Notes: a model not told the origin generated them from the sequence alone. DNA of 64,000 bases from Octopus bimaculoides (GCF_001194135.2 NC_068998.1:34558787-34622786); one strand, 5' to 3'. Positions 26,770-41,036 are shown, numbered from the stretch's first letter. Program-made: numbers and translations.

Positions 26770-27940
26770 CACAGACATGACAGAAGTAAATAGACACCCT
26801 TATAATCATTAAAATTTATTTAAATTTGGAATTATACATTCAAATTATTTGTTAATTGTTATAATGTGAATATTTAATATTTAGTAGACATGTCCTTTGC
26901 ATTTTTCAATGCAAGGACCCTAATAGGAATGTTATTGATCAGATGACAAATATTCTGTTGTGGAATTTCTTGTCAAGTTTCATGCAGTAATCTCAAAAGA
27001 TATGGCTTTGAAGATGCTTTTTTGTTCTTTTTATGAAGTGTCCTGTCCATTATGTCCCAGAGTTATTCAATAGGGTTCATATCTGGTGACTGGCTTGGTC
27101 ATGGAAGCTTTTTAATGTCATTCTCATCCAACAAATCTAAGGTCATTTTAGCTGTATGACACGGAGCCCCATCTTCCATAAATAAAGAGTCTTCTTTAAT
27201 CCTTTCACCACTGGAGAAAATTGAAAGGAGTCCTTTCTGCAATATGGACACATATTTATCTGAGTCGATGTTTCCCTCACACTCCACCAGCTCTGATTGA
27301 CCATTGCTCCAAATTGCTCCCCAGACCATCACAGAATAGTTGCCGTGTTTCATTGTTGGCTGCAATCTTTTCACATCAAATTCTTCAACACAGGGTCTCC
27401 AGACCCACACTCAACCACTGTCAGGCAATACGGCAAATCTGGACCCATCAGAGAGTATGATAGTGTCCCAAAATGCTAGTAGCCTTTCAACCATCTCACT
27501 AGCCTAATCTTTTCTCCGCTTGATGTTGGCTGGTCGAAGAAGTGGCTTCCTTCTTGCTGCTCTGCCAGACTAACCAAGTTTTTGAAGATACCTGACAGCT
27601 ATTCTGAGACCGACATCAACTTATTCTGCTGTCAGAGGATTATCCTCCACAACAAGGATTATCCTCCACACATCTTTTAGCAAAAAGAAGGGTCTTGTCA
27701 GAGGCTCTGGTTGATCAGGGTGAGGACATGTGAACTACTTCCCCTCTCTGGTGAATTGCACAATCACTCTATTAACTCTAGAAAGTGGGAATCACAGGTT
27801 GTCTGTGATTTTACGCTATGTCCACCTTTAGAATGACCCACAATATGGCCTCTTTGAAATTCAGACAGTTCCAAGACTTCTTTTCGACATGGCATGATTA
27901 AATAGTCACATATAGAACCTGAAACATAAGAATATCAATT
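26770..27940 (-). mobile_element. Tc1-like transposon, DDE transposase pseudogene
   Basis: ELSEFQRGHIVG (HTH), IILSDGSRF, VMVWGAIW, FMEDGAPCHTAK, (W)PSQSPDMNPIE. Confidence 0.92.
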
Positions 27941-27944
27941 AATC

Positions 27945-28895
27945 ATCATCATTAATCTGAGGCTCCAATCTGATCTAGCAAGGTTTCTATAGATGGATGC
28001 CCTTCCTAACACCAACCACTCCGAGAGTGTAGTGGGTGCTTTTTACATGCCACAGGAATGGGGCCTGTCAAGTAACATTGGTATCAACAACCCTCGAATG
28101 GTACTTTTTATGTGCAGCCAACATGAGAGCCAGTCAGGCAGCACTGGCATCAACCAAGCTCAACTGGTGCTTTTTACATGCTACCGACATGGGAACCAGT
28201 CAGATGGCACTGGCACTGATAACACCCAAATGGTACTTTTTATGTGCCACTGGCTCTAGTATCGGTCATGCTTGAATGGTGCTTTTTACATGCCACCAGC
28301 ATTGATGCCAGCCAGATGGCGCTGGCATTAGCCATGACAACGATTTCGCTTGACTCAACAGGTCTTCTCAAGCACACCATATTGCCCGACGATTGAAGCG
28401 TATTTTTAAATGGACCGGTTATGCGACACTGGCATCCGCTACAGCTACGATTTCCAGAGTCTTTTCAAGCACAGCATAGCTCCAAAGGTCTCAGTTGCTT
28501 GCCATTACTTCTGTGAGGCCCAACGTTCAAGGGGCATGCTTCACCACTTCAACCCAGGTCTTCTTGGGTCTACCTCTTCCACAGGTTACCTTCACTATGA
28601 GGGTGTGACACTTCTTCACACAGCTGTCCTCATCCATATGCAACACATGACTATACCAGCGCAGTTGTCTCACTTTCACACCACATCTGATGCTTCTTAT
28701 GTCCAACTCTTCTCTCAGGGCGCTTACACTCTGTCATGTATGCACACTGACATTACACATCCAGAGGAGCATACTAGCTTCATTTCTTTCAAGCCTACGC
28801 ATGTCTTCAAGAGTCATAGCCCATGTTTCATTGCCATGTAGCATGGCTGTTCACACACATGCATCGTACAGTCTACCTTTCACTTTGAGTGAGAA
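27945..28895 (-). mobile_element. RTE LINE 3' fragment (ORF C-terminus plus modular 3' UTR)
   Basis: 28410-28895 is the reverse complement equivalent of 49470-49990; begins with catcatcat. Confidence 0.88.
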
Positions 28896-28904
28896 AAAAC
28901 ATAA

Positions 28905-29560
28905 ACCTTTACGAGTTAGAATAAACATAGAATAATGTTTTATAGGACGTCTATTTACATCTGTCATGACTGTGTATATATAAACCTTATCATAAGCCCA
29001 ATGAGAAGCGTTCCAACATGCACAAACAGTCTTGTTACCCCAGCCCCCATAGCATTTAAAACCTGATAGCCAACATTAACAACAGAATATCTAATTTCTC
29101 TACCACTAAAGGAATTTTCAAGAAAGCAGCCCCCTACTACAACAAATCTCTAGCCAATAGTGGCTTGAATGGTTAATTAATTTACAACCCTTCTAGTAAT
29201 AATATGAATAACAAAAAATAGACCTAAAATGGACCTAGGAGAATAATTTGGCTTACCTGCCCCTCTTTTTCCCTTAATATTAAAACCAACGTCGGTAAAA
29301 AAATTCCTGTCTCTCTTAGATAAACATTTTCCTATTAATCACAGGCATAGAAAAATATTCAACAGTCACTCAGTCAAACTATCATGTAGCTGTGGCCCCA
29401 ATATGAAGAGCATCGTTACACACAAACACTGCTAATAGCTTACTCCCAGTTGTAACTGTCTAGACCCAGGAACCTGTCCTATCGACCTTGGTGCATGATT
29501 AAATCTGTCATTTATGAGGCAGAAGTTACTGCAATACTAGATGACAACATGACATGGAAA
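28905..29560 (+). mobile_element. Penelope-like element fragment (RT thumb to start of GIY-YIG)
   Basis: YKPYHKPNE..NINNRISNFST..KAAPYYNKSLANSG; LNIKTNVGK..LDKHFPINHRHRKIFN; CNC...TCP...SVIYEAEV. Confidence 0.8.
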
Positions 29561-29899
29561 TCATTCAATGTCCTTCAGTTCTTCCATATGGGTGTGGATT
29601 GGATGATTTCAGTATCCAATTAACCAGAAGATTGCATTGAGCTATTTATCTCAGCCCTACCACACAGAACTCAAGAAATAAAACAAATTACTATGTAGCC
29701 ATAAAGAGAACTGCTTAAACACTCAGCCACAGCTCATAGTTGTGGCCCAGGACTCAGTTCAATGTTGCTTACAGAATAGGAACTTATGATTGTTATTCAA
29801 AATCTCATTGATTTGATTATAAATGGTGTTATAAGTCCATGTAATGGGATACAATAACTTTAACACTCATCATATTTATACTTCAATTGAAAACATGAA

Positions 29900-30170
29900 G
29901 TCATCTCACCCAAGCGCTGACTAACATTGCTTCACTTCTCATTTGACTTCTTGTCCATAAGGTAACCCAAGATCCACTCTAGATTGTTTTCTTAAATACC
30001 TTATCACTCTAGCTTTCGGACAAAGTCTCCATTCATAGAATTTGTCAAAAGTTTTAGAGAAATCTGAAATAATGCTGTTTATCTGTTCGCCTTTGTTTAG
30101 CAGACATGCCAAGTTGTTCTTGACAGCTTTGTAGCAAATAGATTCTGAGAAATCTCGGTGCTGTCATTGT
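29900..30170 (-). mobile_element. LINE reverse transcriptase relic (CR1/L2/Jockey-type)
   Basis: Minus LLNKGEQINSIISDFSKTFDK, then frameshifted RKLE..GI.ENNLEWILGYL. Confidence 0.65.
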
Positions 30171-30528
30171 AAATACTGTATATTTGTGTGTTTTGTTAAT
30201 GCATTTGAGAATTAGAAGGAACACAGTTGCTTAACTTGACTGAGTGTACAACTTTATTATACTGTGCTGTGATTTTTTATTGGATTCACTCATTGGAATG
30301 CACCCATGCTGGAGCACTGCATTCAAGGGTTTTAGTTGAAGATATCAATCACAATATGTATTACAGTCTGGCACTTATTTTATTAATCTCTGCTTGTTGA
30401 AATGAAGTAAGTTAAGGAATATAATGCAGCACAATATAATTACAAAAGTTTCTAAAATGACGCAAATGTGAATGCAAGCATAAACGTGGATGGACAGACA
30501 GATGGACACACACACGCACACGCACACG

Positions 30529-30584
<56 letters not shown>

Positions 30585-30690
30585 CATACCTATATTTATA
30601 CATATGTGCATGCATACACAAACTCAGTTTCTGCACACTTTCTATGAGCCAAATTATGCTCACAGTGAATTGGTCAATGAGGGTCTACAG

Positions 30691-31005
30691 GAATGGTTCT
30701 CAATCGGGGTCCATATGACCCTTGGGGGGTCCATATGACCCTTGGGGGGTCCATATAGATTTTGGGGGTTCACATGACCCTTGGGGGTCCATATATGATT
30801 TTGTTGTTAAGATTTATCTGCAATAAATTGGTCATACTTCTGCAATACACAAAATATTTCAACAATTTTTTATACATTCCCTAATAATATTTGACTATAA
30901 AAATACTATAGGATTTTTTATTAAACATCAAATGGCTACGGGGTTCCAGAAGAGTAAAATAGGAAGCAAAAGGGTTCAAAGGCAAAATATGGTTGAAAAC
31001 CACTT
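30691..31005. mobile_element. hAT (Charlie-like) MITE with internal 20-bp tandem repeats
   Basis: Ends gaatggttctcaatc / revcomp aagtggttttcaacc; 8-bp flanks gtctacag and gtctgcag; gggggtccatatgacccttg repeated. Confidence 0.75.
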
Positions 31006-31364
31006 GTCTGCAGTAAAAAGTACTTATCCAAGATATACCACATATCTTGCAATCACCCGCTTATGAAGTGAACTTCTTAACCACACAGATCCACCTGGAC
31101 ATAGTTTTATTTATAGTTTCGCTGTTCTCCATGTACATCAATCCTGTTAGACAGTTGTCAATAACCATATGGCTTAGAGATATATGATTCCCTTTGAGAT
31201 GTACATGTTGTTAGTATGTATATTCTAGTAGTAATGTGTGGTATGTCATCTGCTGTAAAGTAATATATCTTCTTCCTGTACAGTGGCATTCACTCTACAA
31301 TGGTATACAGTTTATTGCACATGTATATATATGAATTATGTATGCATGTATGTGTATGTATGTA

Positions 31365-31404
<40 letters not shown>

Positions 31405-31441
31405 NNNNNNNNNNATGTATGCATGTATGTGTATGTATGTA

Positions 31442-31473
<32 letters not shown>

Positions 31474-32346
31474 CACCCACATACACAGACACGCACCTAT
31501 ATACATTTTCACATACATGCCAACACACACACCTATATTATATACATACTCGCATACACGCCCATACACATGTATATGTACATGTGTACACATGCAACCA
31601 TGTATGAACATGCATACAAGCATCAATGTGTACGTACACCCCTCATACATGCATACACACACATGTAGATATGCAAATACACACACATATGCACACACAC
31701 ATACATGCATGCATGCTCATATGTACACAGACATATATTACATTCACATGTGTATGCACACACACACACAAACCTATACATACATGCACGTGCATGTACA
31801 CACACACACATATGCATACAAGCTTATACACACACCAGCCAGACTCACTGATGCTTGTCAGTTTCCTGTCCACCAATACAATAAAAAAAATTCTGTCTCT
31901 GATAGAACTTGTGTTGCTTGCCAAGCAACATTATCTACCGTAACATGATGTAACCTTCTTTGACCAACAGCAGCCCCTCTTCTGACAGCCATCTTGGCCT
32001 TCCTGAGCCTCTTCATTTGACCATTCCATAACCTGAAGGACATGGGCTCCATTAGGGGCCTGCAAAACTTGAATTAACAGAGAATCTGAATCAAACAGTT
32101 TTAAATGATACATGTAGCTCCTATTAAATGTGTTGAGTGCCCTTTTCTTTCATTTGTCCATTCATTTGTGTGTGTGTGTGTGTGTGTGGTGTGTGTGTGT
32201 GTGTGTGTGTGCGTGTGTGCGCGTGTATGTGAAGAGTAGCCTGTGGTATATACCTCACTTGAATATTTACCACTTCCGAGGTTCCGCTTACTTCTCATTA
32301 TAAAACATATGTAGCCCAGATTTTATTTACTCCATTCCTTAACTGT

Positions 32347-32377
<31 letters not shown>

Positions 32378-32944
32378 CAAGAATAAGGGCAGGGAATCAT
32401 CAATTAATAATAGAATTAATAATTAACAATTTTGCCAAGTAGTTCAGTATGAAAAAACCTTTATCGGTAAAACCATTTANNNNNNNNNNNNNNNNNNNNN
32501 NNNNNNNNNNNNNNNNNNNNNNNNNNNNNNNNNNNNNNNNNNNNNNNNNNNNNNNNNNNNNNNNNNNNNNNNNNNNNNNNNNNNNNNNNNNNNNNNNNNN
32601 NNNNNNNNNNNNNNNNNNNNNNNNNNNNNNNNNNNNNNNNNNNNNNNNNNNNNNNNNNNNNNNNNNNNNNNNNNNNNNNNNNNNNNNNNNNNNNNNNNNN
32701 NNNNNNNNNNNNNNNNNNNNNNNNNNNNNNNNNNNNNNNNNNNNNNNNNNNNNNNNNNNNNNNNNNNTATATATATATATATATATATATTCTTTTACTT
32801 GTTTCAGTCATTTTGACAGCAGTTATGTTGGAGCACTACCTTAAAAAGTTTTCAGTTGAAGCAATCAGCCCCAGGACTTGTTCTTTGTAAGCTTAGTACT
32901 TACAAAGGTATGCACAGATATATAGGCTGAGTAGTTGGTGGAGG

Positions 32945-35190
32945 TTTGTACATGGGTCTGCAGATGAGATTTGAGCCCAGCAAGAGAAAGGCATGGTCTG
33001 TCACAAACTGTGCACACAAAAAGGAAACTGAAATTCACCTTCTTGATTGCAACATTCTTCTTTAAATTTCTCTTGCATGTGTCATCCTGACCTCCTCAAA
33101 AGTTTTCCCTCCACTCCACACTTTAGTTTGCATCCCGCTCAATCTGAAGCAACGGTTTCTATGGCCCTTGGAGCCACTCCAAGTGACTTCATGGTAGTCC
33201 TTATGCCATCCTTAAACCTCTTTTTAAGTTTACACCAATCGTGTTTCCCCTCTGCAAGCTCACCATAAAACAGCTGTTTGGGTGTACATTCATCCAACAT
33301 TCAGACAATATGGCCAGACCATCTCATCTGATTTTTCAGAATACTTGATTTAATTGAAGTAATACCTGCAGATGCAAAGACATTTGTGTCTGGAGTAAGA
33401 AAAGCCCCATTTAATGTTTAAAATATAGCGAAGGCATTTTTGGTGGAATTGTTCTAACAATTTGAAATGTCTTTCATAAAACATCCATGCTTCAGAAGAA
33501 TACAACAGGGATGGTAAGACAAACGATTTGTACAGAGCCAATTTTGTGTTGTTATTTATATGTCGGTGGCACCAAACGTGTGACTCCAAACCACCAAATA
33601 CTTGTGCTGCCTTTTGTTGCAGATGTATTTCTGTGTCCAGATTTCCATAATTTTGGACAGAGCTTCTGAGGTTGATGAAAGAGTCAACAACTTCAAGTAA
33701 ACTTAACCTTAACAAAAATTTTAGGCAGGTTGCAAACAGTACCATGTGAAGGTTGATACATTACAACAGTTTTTTTCAAGTTGATGGTCAAGCCAAAATC
33801 ACCACAAGTTGAGTAAAATGCAGATACAAGAGATTGCAGAACTGTTTCAGAATGACTGACTAGATCGTAATTGTCAGCGTGTAAGAGTTCACCAATGAGT
33901 GAAGTAAAAACTTTCGTTTTGAATTTCAAGTCTGGTCAGATTAAAAACATTACCTGTTGTTCGATATTTTATGTAAATACCCCACTTGGAGTTTTGAAAA
34001 GCCTGTGACAACACAACAGCAAAATATTTTGCAAAGTGAGTAGGTGCATCAAGGTCTCCTTGCTTTACTCCGTTTTCCACAGCAAAAGATTCAGAAAGCC
34101 TACCACCAAAATTAACTCTAGCTTTCATATTTTGATGCAACACCCTGATCATGTTCACAAATTTTTCTGGGCAACCTATTTTCCTTGGAATTAGCCACAG
34201 AGCATTTCAATTAACAGTATCAAATGCTGTGCTCAAATCAACAAAGCAATGGTATTGAGCAAGATTCTGTTCAATACACTTTTCTTGTAATTGTCTGATA
34301 GTAAAGATACAATCAACTGTGCCTCCTGGAGGAGCAAAAATCACGTTGAGACTCAGACACTATATTTGGAATTATGAAAGTGTTTAAACATTCTAACAGA
34401 ATGTGGGCAAGTACCTTTCCAACTACAGACAAATGTGAAATCCCACACAGATCCTTTGGCTCTGATTTATACAAGGAGATTAAAATGGCATTAATCCAGT
34501 CTTGAGGCACTTCCTCAGTTCTCCAACGGTGACAAATCAAACATTTTGTCACCCCACCATATTTCAAGATTTCTGCACAGATTCCATCAGACCCTGGAGA
34601 CTTATTGTTATTCAGCTTATTCACAGCTAAATAAATGTCATTTAGGGTTGGTTTAAATGCCATCTTCTCTATAACTGGAAGTTGCTCAATTTTTTCTATC
34701 ATTCTCATGTCAATAGATGGTCTCTTCAAAAGTGCAGTTAAATGTTCTACCCAGCACTTGAGATTAGAAGTTGTGTCAGTCAAAAGTAAATGTCCATTTG
34801 TTGTTCTCACTGAAACTATTGAAGATTGAACATAAGAGTAGAAACCCTTGGTGTAATTTCTATCAGTTGTTTTTTGTGCCTCTTTTGCCCTGTCATTCCA
34901 CCATTCCTATTTAATTTTCCTTAGAGCAGCCTGTACTTATCCTTTCAGCTTTCTGTAAGCTTTGTTTGAGTTGGGGTTCAAGGACTAAGAAGTGTATTGC
35001 CTAAGTTTTGTTTTTCTAAAAGTAGATCATGAATTTCTGCTGATCGACCTGAGAACCAATCACTGGACTTATGTGATTTAAATCCCACTGATGAACTTGC
35101 AGTCTGAAATACTTTTGTTTGAAATTTCCTCATAGATTGTTTGGATACTTTCTATAGCATCATGGAATCTCTGCAAGTTGCTTGGTAATT
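32945..35190 (-). mobile_element. RTE-clade (BovB-like) LINE, 5'-truncated at N gap, frameshifted
   Basis: NKSPGSDGICAEILKYGG, GVKQGDLDAPT, YRTTGNVFNLTRL, LLHADN (RT site), RWSGHIV..PKQLFYGEL, terminal CTVCDRPCLSLAGLKSHLQTH. Confidence 0.93.
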
Positions 35191-35213
35191 TGNNNNNNNN
35201 NNATATATATACA

Positions 35214-35248
<35 letters not shown>

Positions 35249-35396
35249 TGTGGGCCAAAAGTCATGCATCAAAACATTTGATTTTTTTTTATATTGCCTT
35301 ATTATTATTTATTTTGTTCATCTTGTGTATTCATTGTTATTTTATTTATTCTATTCAATTTTAGAAAATTTGTTTTTGAAGTGTGCAATATATAGG

Positions 35397-35604
35397 TGCA
35401 GGAGTGGCTGTGTGGTAAATAACTTGCTTACCAACCACATGGTTCTGGGTTCAGTCCCACTGCATGGCATTTTAGGCAAGTGTCTTCTACTANNNNNNNN
35501 NNTCCCACTGCATGGCATTTTAGGCAAGTGTCTTCTACTATAGCTTCGGACTGATCAAAGCCTTGTGAGTGGATTTGGTAAACGGAAACTGGAAGAAGCC
35601 CATC
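35397..35604 (+). mobile_element. SINE family 1, head half
   Basis: ggagtggctgtgtggtaa (A-box-like) ... gggttcagtccc (B-box-like) ... gcaagtgtcttctactatagc. Confidence 0.85.
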
Positions 35605-35863
35605 AAGTGTTGTTACCTTTGTTGATAACAAGAAGTTTCTTTCTTAGAGTAAAAGGAAAATTTTATGATGCTTGCATGTGAACTGTGATGCTACATGGTA
35701 GTGAAATATGGGTCTTGAGAGCAGAGGACTTGTGAAGACTAGAAAAACTTGTCAGTGTGTCAGATAAAATGTGATGCAATATTTCCTGTTCTTTGTACAC
35801 TGAAGTCAGCTTTGCATGTCAATCTTCAGCATTGATAAATAAAGTAGTAAGCCAGTGTCGGTA

Positions 35864-35933
<70 letters not shown>

Positions 35934-37229
35934 GGTATCAGTCACATCCTGGATGCTCTACTTGACCAAGAGCAGAAGGGCCAAGAAAACGTTTATGTCT
36001 GATTATGACTTCATGAGCTCCTAAAACTATTCATTAAATCCAAGTCATCTTTGACTCTGACAGTTATAGTTATATAAGGAGACATATCACCATGGTTACT
36101 GTATACATGATATCACTGGATCTTAGAAACCCAAAAGGTATGAAAGGACAAGTGGTTGCTATAGAAACTAAGTGCTTCCAGGTCATCTTTGTTCAAACTG
36201 ATTGATGATCAAAGGCATTCCAGCCATGACCATATTTTCTTTTTCTCAGTTACTGTATATCTGGTATCTAGGACCACATTGTCAATATCTCCCCAGTTTT
36301 AATGTGATAGCATGTGAATTTATGGAGATTTGGTTGCTATTTCTAACAAATTGAGCAACTAAATAGAGACTTCTTCATTGGCTCAATAAACAGCTTTGTA
36401 TTGTATTGAGACAGACAGATAGTTAACGTAGCAGAAGAAACAATTACGATGGTCACATAATGGGACAAAGTGTTACTATAGCAACATAACAGGACAGCCA
36501 AGTAGTAGCAATCAACTTTATTGAACAGCTTCATTAGAATTGTTGTTGTTGTCATCATCATCGTCATCACTGCTGCTGCTGCTGTTACTATTATTACTGT
36601 TGTTGTTGGTGTTCTTCTTCAGCTGCACCAGTCAAGTCTAATGCAACATGTAATAGCCAAACAACATTTTCTAAAATGTATTTTCAATAATAGGGAGAGA
36701 AGAATAATGCCCAATACCCATGACCCTTTATTTTGAGGCTTATGATTCTGATGAGATGAAGAGTGGAAGTGATCCACATACTGAAGGCCTAGCCAAAATG
36801 TCTGCAACAGAGGGAACTTTACTAAAGGCATCCAAGTGCCAGGTGGTGGATTAAATCTTCCATTTAAAAATTCAGAACACAAAAACCCAGAACAAGTACT
36901 ACAAGGTAGCATGTTTGATGCCCTAACAACTGATTCTTAATTTTATTGAACACAAAAGACAAAGTTCACCAAGTAATGATATTAATCCTCATTTATTTTG
37001 TGAATGTTTTCAATGATGTAGCATGGATTTTGACTGCTCTGTATGGCAGCCAAATTGACGACTTTCTTCCTTAAGCTTGACCTATCTTTGACCACAGAAA
37101 ACTTTTGTATATAATGTTGCTGACCTATATGGTCTAGACATCTAAAGCTTCTCCACTGATGATAAAAATGACAAAAAAAGTTTATTTCAAATAATTCTTG
37201 AATGTTTACACTTATGTCAAAAATATATT

Positions 37230-37437
37230 TTAACCCTTTGGTATAAATATTACTCTATCAACATTAGTTTAAATTAATCATGCATTATCAAGCAGCTTCG
37301 AAATTTTGATGATATTATTGTTTATTTTTACCATGACAATGATAGGTACATATAAGAAGCTGGATCTAACAAGCCTGAAATTAAAATGGGTAGAATATTT
37401 GGGCTGGATATGGCTGGTTTGAATGCTAACGGATTAA
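37230..37437. mobile_element. TTAA-flanked MITE (piggyBac-like ends)
   Basis: ttaaccctttggta at left and gaatgctaacggattaa at right (degenerate TTAACCCT..AGGGTTAA). Confidence 0.55.
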
Positions 37438-37940
37438 AGCTAAACATTTAAAATGTCTACATTATTTACATTATCTACATTTGACGGATATTCGTTTAAA
37501 ATGTTGTTTTATGAATATCCTTTCTTCTCACATATATTCTAGTCCATAATGTGAGTATACTGTTTTACAGTCCTTCAAAGTTAAGAGAAAAAGTATTTGT
37601 CACAAGTTGAAAGTTAACCCAGAATGATCCACACTAATTCAGGTCTTTATGGGGAGCTTCAATATGCATTTTTATTTTATTAGTATACTGTATACTTTGA
37701 TGAAATATGGTGGGTTGCCTGTCATATTAATTTTACAAAACTGACTACAAACAAAGAGACTGAATTTTTCTCTCTCTATATATATATATACAAACTTACA
37801 CACATACACAAACATGCATTCTTGTATGTGTATCTGTGTATGTGCATATATATATATATATATATATGTGTGTATATATTTATATGTACATATATGCATG
37901 TATGTATGTATGTATGTATGTATGTAGGTAGGTAGGTAGG

Positions 37941-38032
<92 letters not shown>

Positions 38033-38324
38033 TCTTAAAAATCCAACCTTGTATTCATAAAACTCAATATCCATAACATTATTGCATTTATTTGAAAAAT
38101 TCTTATACAAATCAGCCAGATTTTTCAAATAGAAAAAAATGAAAATAAAAGGAAATTTCAGAATCTCCATGTACAGCTCATGGATATCACATTTTATTAC
38201 ATAAATACAGCATACCACCAAAAGACGCTAGCAAAATATCCAACATCCACAAAATAATTATCTGTATGCTCACAATTCCATTTATCTATCTGTCTATCAC
38301 TTTCTCTGTCTATTTCTTTCTCTC

Positions 38325-38415
<91 letters not shown>

Positions 38416-39237
38416 GCCAGCATATACATACATGTATTTATAGAACCAAATATATGACAGCCAGTATGTCTATATTTCTCTATCTACATTTACCTATCCA
38501 AATATAAATCAGAATATACCTTAAACTTACTAGCCTATTAAGATAACAATTCAATGAGAATTATTTTGCTATACATTGAATAGTAATCTACTATGTCAAT
38601 TTGTGTTTAAAAAAATAGTTCTTTTATTTCTGATAAATGAAAACCAACTAATTACAGATTTGTCATATTCCCATTGAACCAATGTAGAACATTTTTGTCT
38701 ACTGTTATTCATCGTTTTTAATATATGTGGTTCCCCATTGTGGCCAGTTCATATGAAGGAGATAATCTTTTTTTCATAGTATTTGAATTTGAAATTAAGG
38801 GATAAGGAAAAAAGATCTATGGAATACACACTCAGTTACATGTGTAGCTATATCCTTGGTTGAGGATTTAATTGGAATGATGCTTATAATTCAGCTGCTG
38901 TGCATTAAAATAATAGAATTCCACTGGTGGAAGAATTTAAGTAATAGGGTGTAATAATTTTGAATGAGAGAGAAATCAACACAGTGATGGATGGTCTGAT
39001 CATTTTAATGATATTCAGTTTCATTTCAATATGACATTCAGTCAGCTCATCGCGTAACAATTATGCCATCTTTATTCTGTGGATGGTGTAATAACAATTT
39101 AAAAAAACTATAAATTTCAAATAACTCTTTAATAAGGCTTGGTTGGTGCATCTCTTTATGTTTCTATATAAAAAAAGAATGTGTACACGTGCACACACAC
39201 TCACACACACACACACACACACACACATAGGTTTTGC

Positions 39238-39385
39238 ATTCTGAGTTCAAATTCCACCAAGGTTGACTTTGCTTTTCATCCTTTCAGGGTTGATAAACCA
39301 AGTGCCGGTCGAGCGCTGGAGTCAATGCAATCGAGTTACCCCCTCCCCCAGCATTTCAAGCTTTGTGCTAGCAGTAGAAACAATA
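39238..39385 (+). mobile_element. SINE family 3 copy
   Basis: ttctgagttcaaattccaccaaggttgactttgcttttcatcctttcagggttgataaa. Confidence 0.75.
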
Positions 39386-39808
39386 CATGTATATATTAAC
39401 CTTAAACAACTAAAAGAAAATTTATAAATTCTTTTCTCATCTCTCATGTATTCTAATGAATGGTACATCTTTAATTTATGCAAGCATCCAAAGATACCTG
39501 ATAAAAAAATAATCATTGAAAATTTGTTAAATCAAGGAAGCAACTCTGCATAATTCCCTGACTAACATCAAGATAAGTTTCTATCGAAACATTAATTTTG
39601 TCGAAATAAGATTCCTATTTTAGATTGGAACCCTGATCAGAAGCTAAAGTAATTACAATGATACCTTCCCAGTGAGGAATTACACAGAAAGAACCTTGTT
39701 CTATGTGTTTTGAAAGTATACTCACTACATACATCTATCATAACATACATATACATATATATACAGTGTGTGTTTATGTACTTTTATACATGTTTATGAG
39801 GACATGTT

Positions 39809-40198
39809 CAGGTGTGGCTTTATGGTAAGAAGTTTGCTTCCCAACAACATGGTTCTAGGTTCTGTTCACTGTGTGACATTGTAAGTGTCTTTTATTATAA
39901 GCCTCAGCTTGAACAGAGCCTTGTGAGTGGATTTGATAGATAGATACTGAAAGAAACCCCTCGTTTGTGTGTGTGTGTGCACGCATGTTTGTATTTGTTT
40001 CCCTCTCACTACTTGACAACCAGTCTTGGTATGTTTATATTTTAGTATCTCTAAATTTTAGCTGTTTAGCTAAAAAAAGACCAATAGAATTAGTAACTGG
40101 TTTAAAAATAAGTACTGGGATCATCTATTTGACTAAAATCTTCAAGATGGTGGTACAGTATGGCTGCAGTCCAATGACTGAAACAAGTAAAAGATAAA
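39809..40198 (+). mobile_element. SINE family 1 copy
   Basis: Head, (TG)n and tail atggctgcagtccaatgactgaaacaagtaaaag. Confidence 0.85.
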
Positions 40199-40924
40199 CA
40201 ATATGTATATTCATATTCTGCTCTTACTGCTACCTCTATGGCAGACTCCAGCTATTCTCACTACACTCCCACTCTCTGCCTTGCTTTCTCACATTGTCAC
40301 TTCTCCAGAGCTTTTCTTCTTCCTCACTACCTCCTTTCATTCTTTCCCATCCTGTTCTCCCTCATGGCCCCAACTCCACTTTTCCCTTCAATGAATTTCT
40401 CTAGATTTCTCCCCAATCTCATCTACCTATCATTGTCTTTCTACTTTTCTTCATACCTTCAGTCCATGTTTGACCTTATAATCTAGGATAGATCTGGGAA
40501 CCACTACACAACCTACCTTATTGCCTTTCAACTTTGTGCCCACATCTCACTAACCCTTGACACAAATCCCTTCTCTTCCCTCGATCTCTTCTATATTCCC
40601 ACCCCTAATAGTATCTACTTTCCATCCCCAAACCCCTCACTTCTATAAATCTGTTCCTCAAATTATCCCTTACCCTTTATCATCAACCAGCTTAGACTTA
40701 CCACACCCCGTCTCTTCTTCAGTTTTAGAGACAATTTAGAGCGGCAAGTTGCAAAGAGACTTTGCTAGTGCTAGTGCTATGAAAAAAAGCAACTAGTATG
40801 CTCTGGAATCTGGTTGGTGTTAGGGAGGGCATCAGAGATAGAAATAATGACTAAGAAGATACTGGAGTATGATGCAGTATGTGAGTTCATGTGTTGAAGA
40901 AAATGACTCTCCCCAGGCACAACA

Positions 40925-41036
<112 letters not shown>

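Noticed and set aside
27637-27672. 15-bp direct repeat ggattatcctccaca inside Tc1
   Set aside because: Small local slippage duplication in a dead element
35455-35540. 38-bp direct duplication
   Set aside because: The copies flank an exact 10-N gap, typical of an unmerged contig overlap; same at 53603-53648 and about 31340-31470
40205-40730. Pyrimidine-rich block (similar at 8945-9300, 61770-61990; purine-rich at 41150-41620, 60400-60780), possibly decayed PLE sequence
   Set aside because: Too degenerate to assign motifs with confidence
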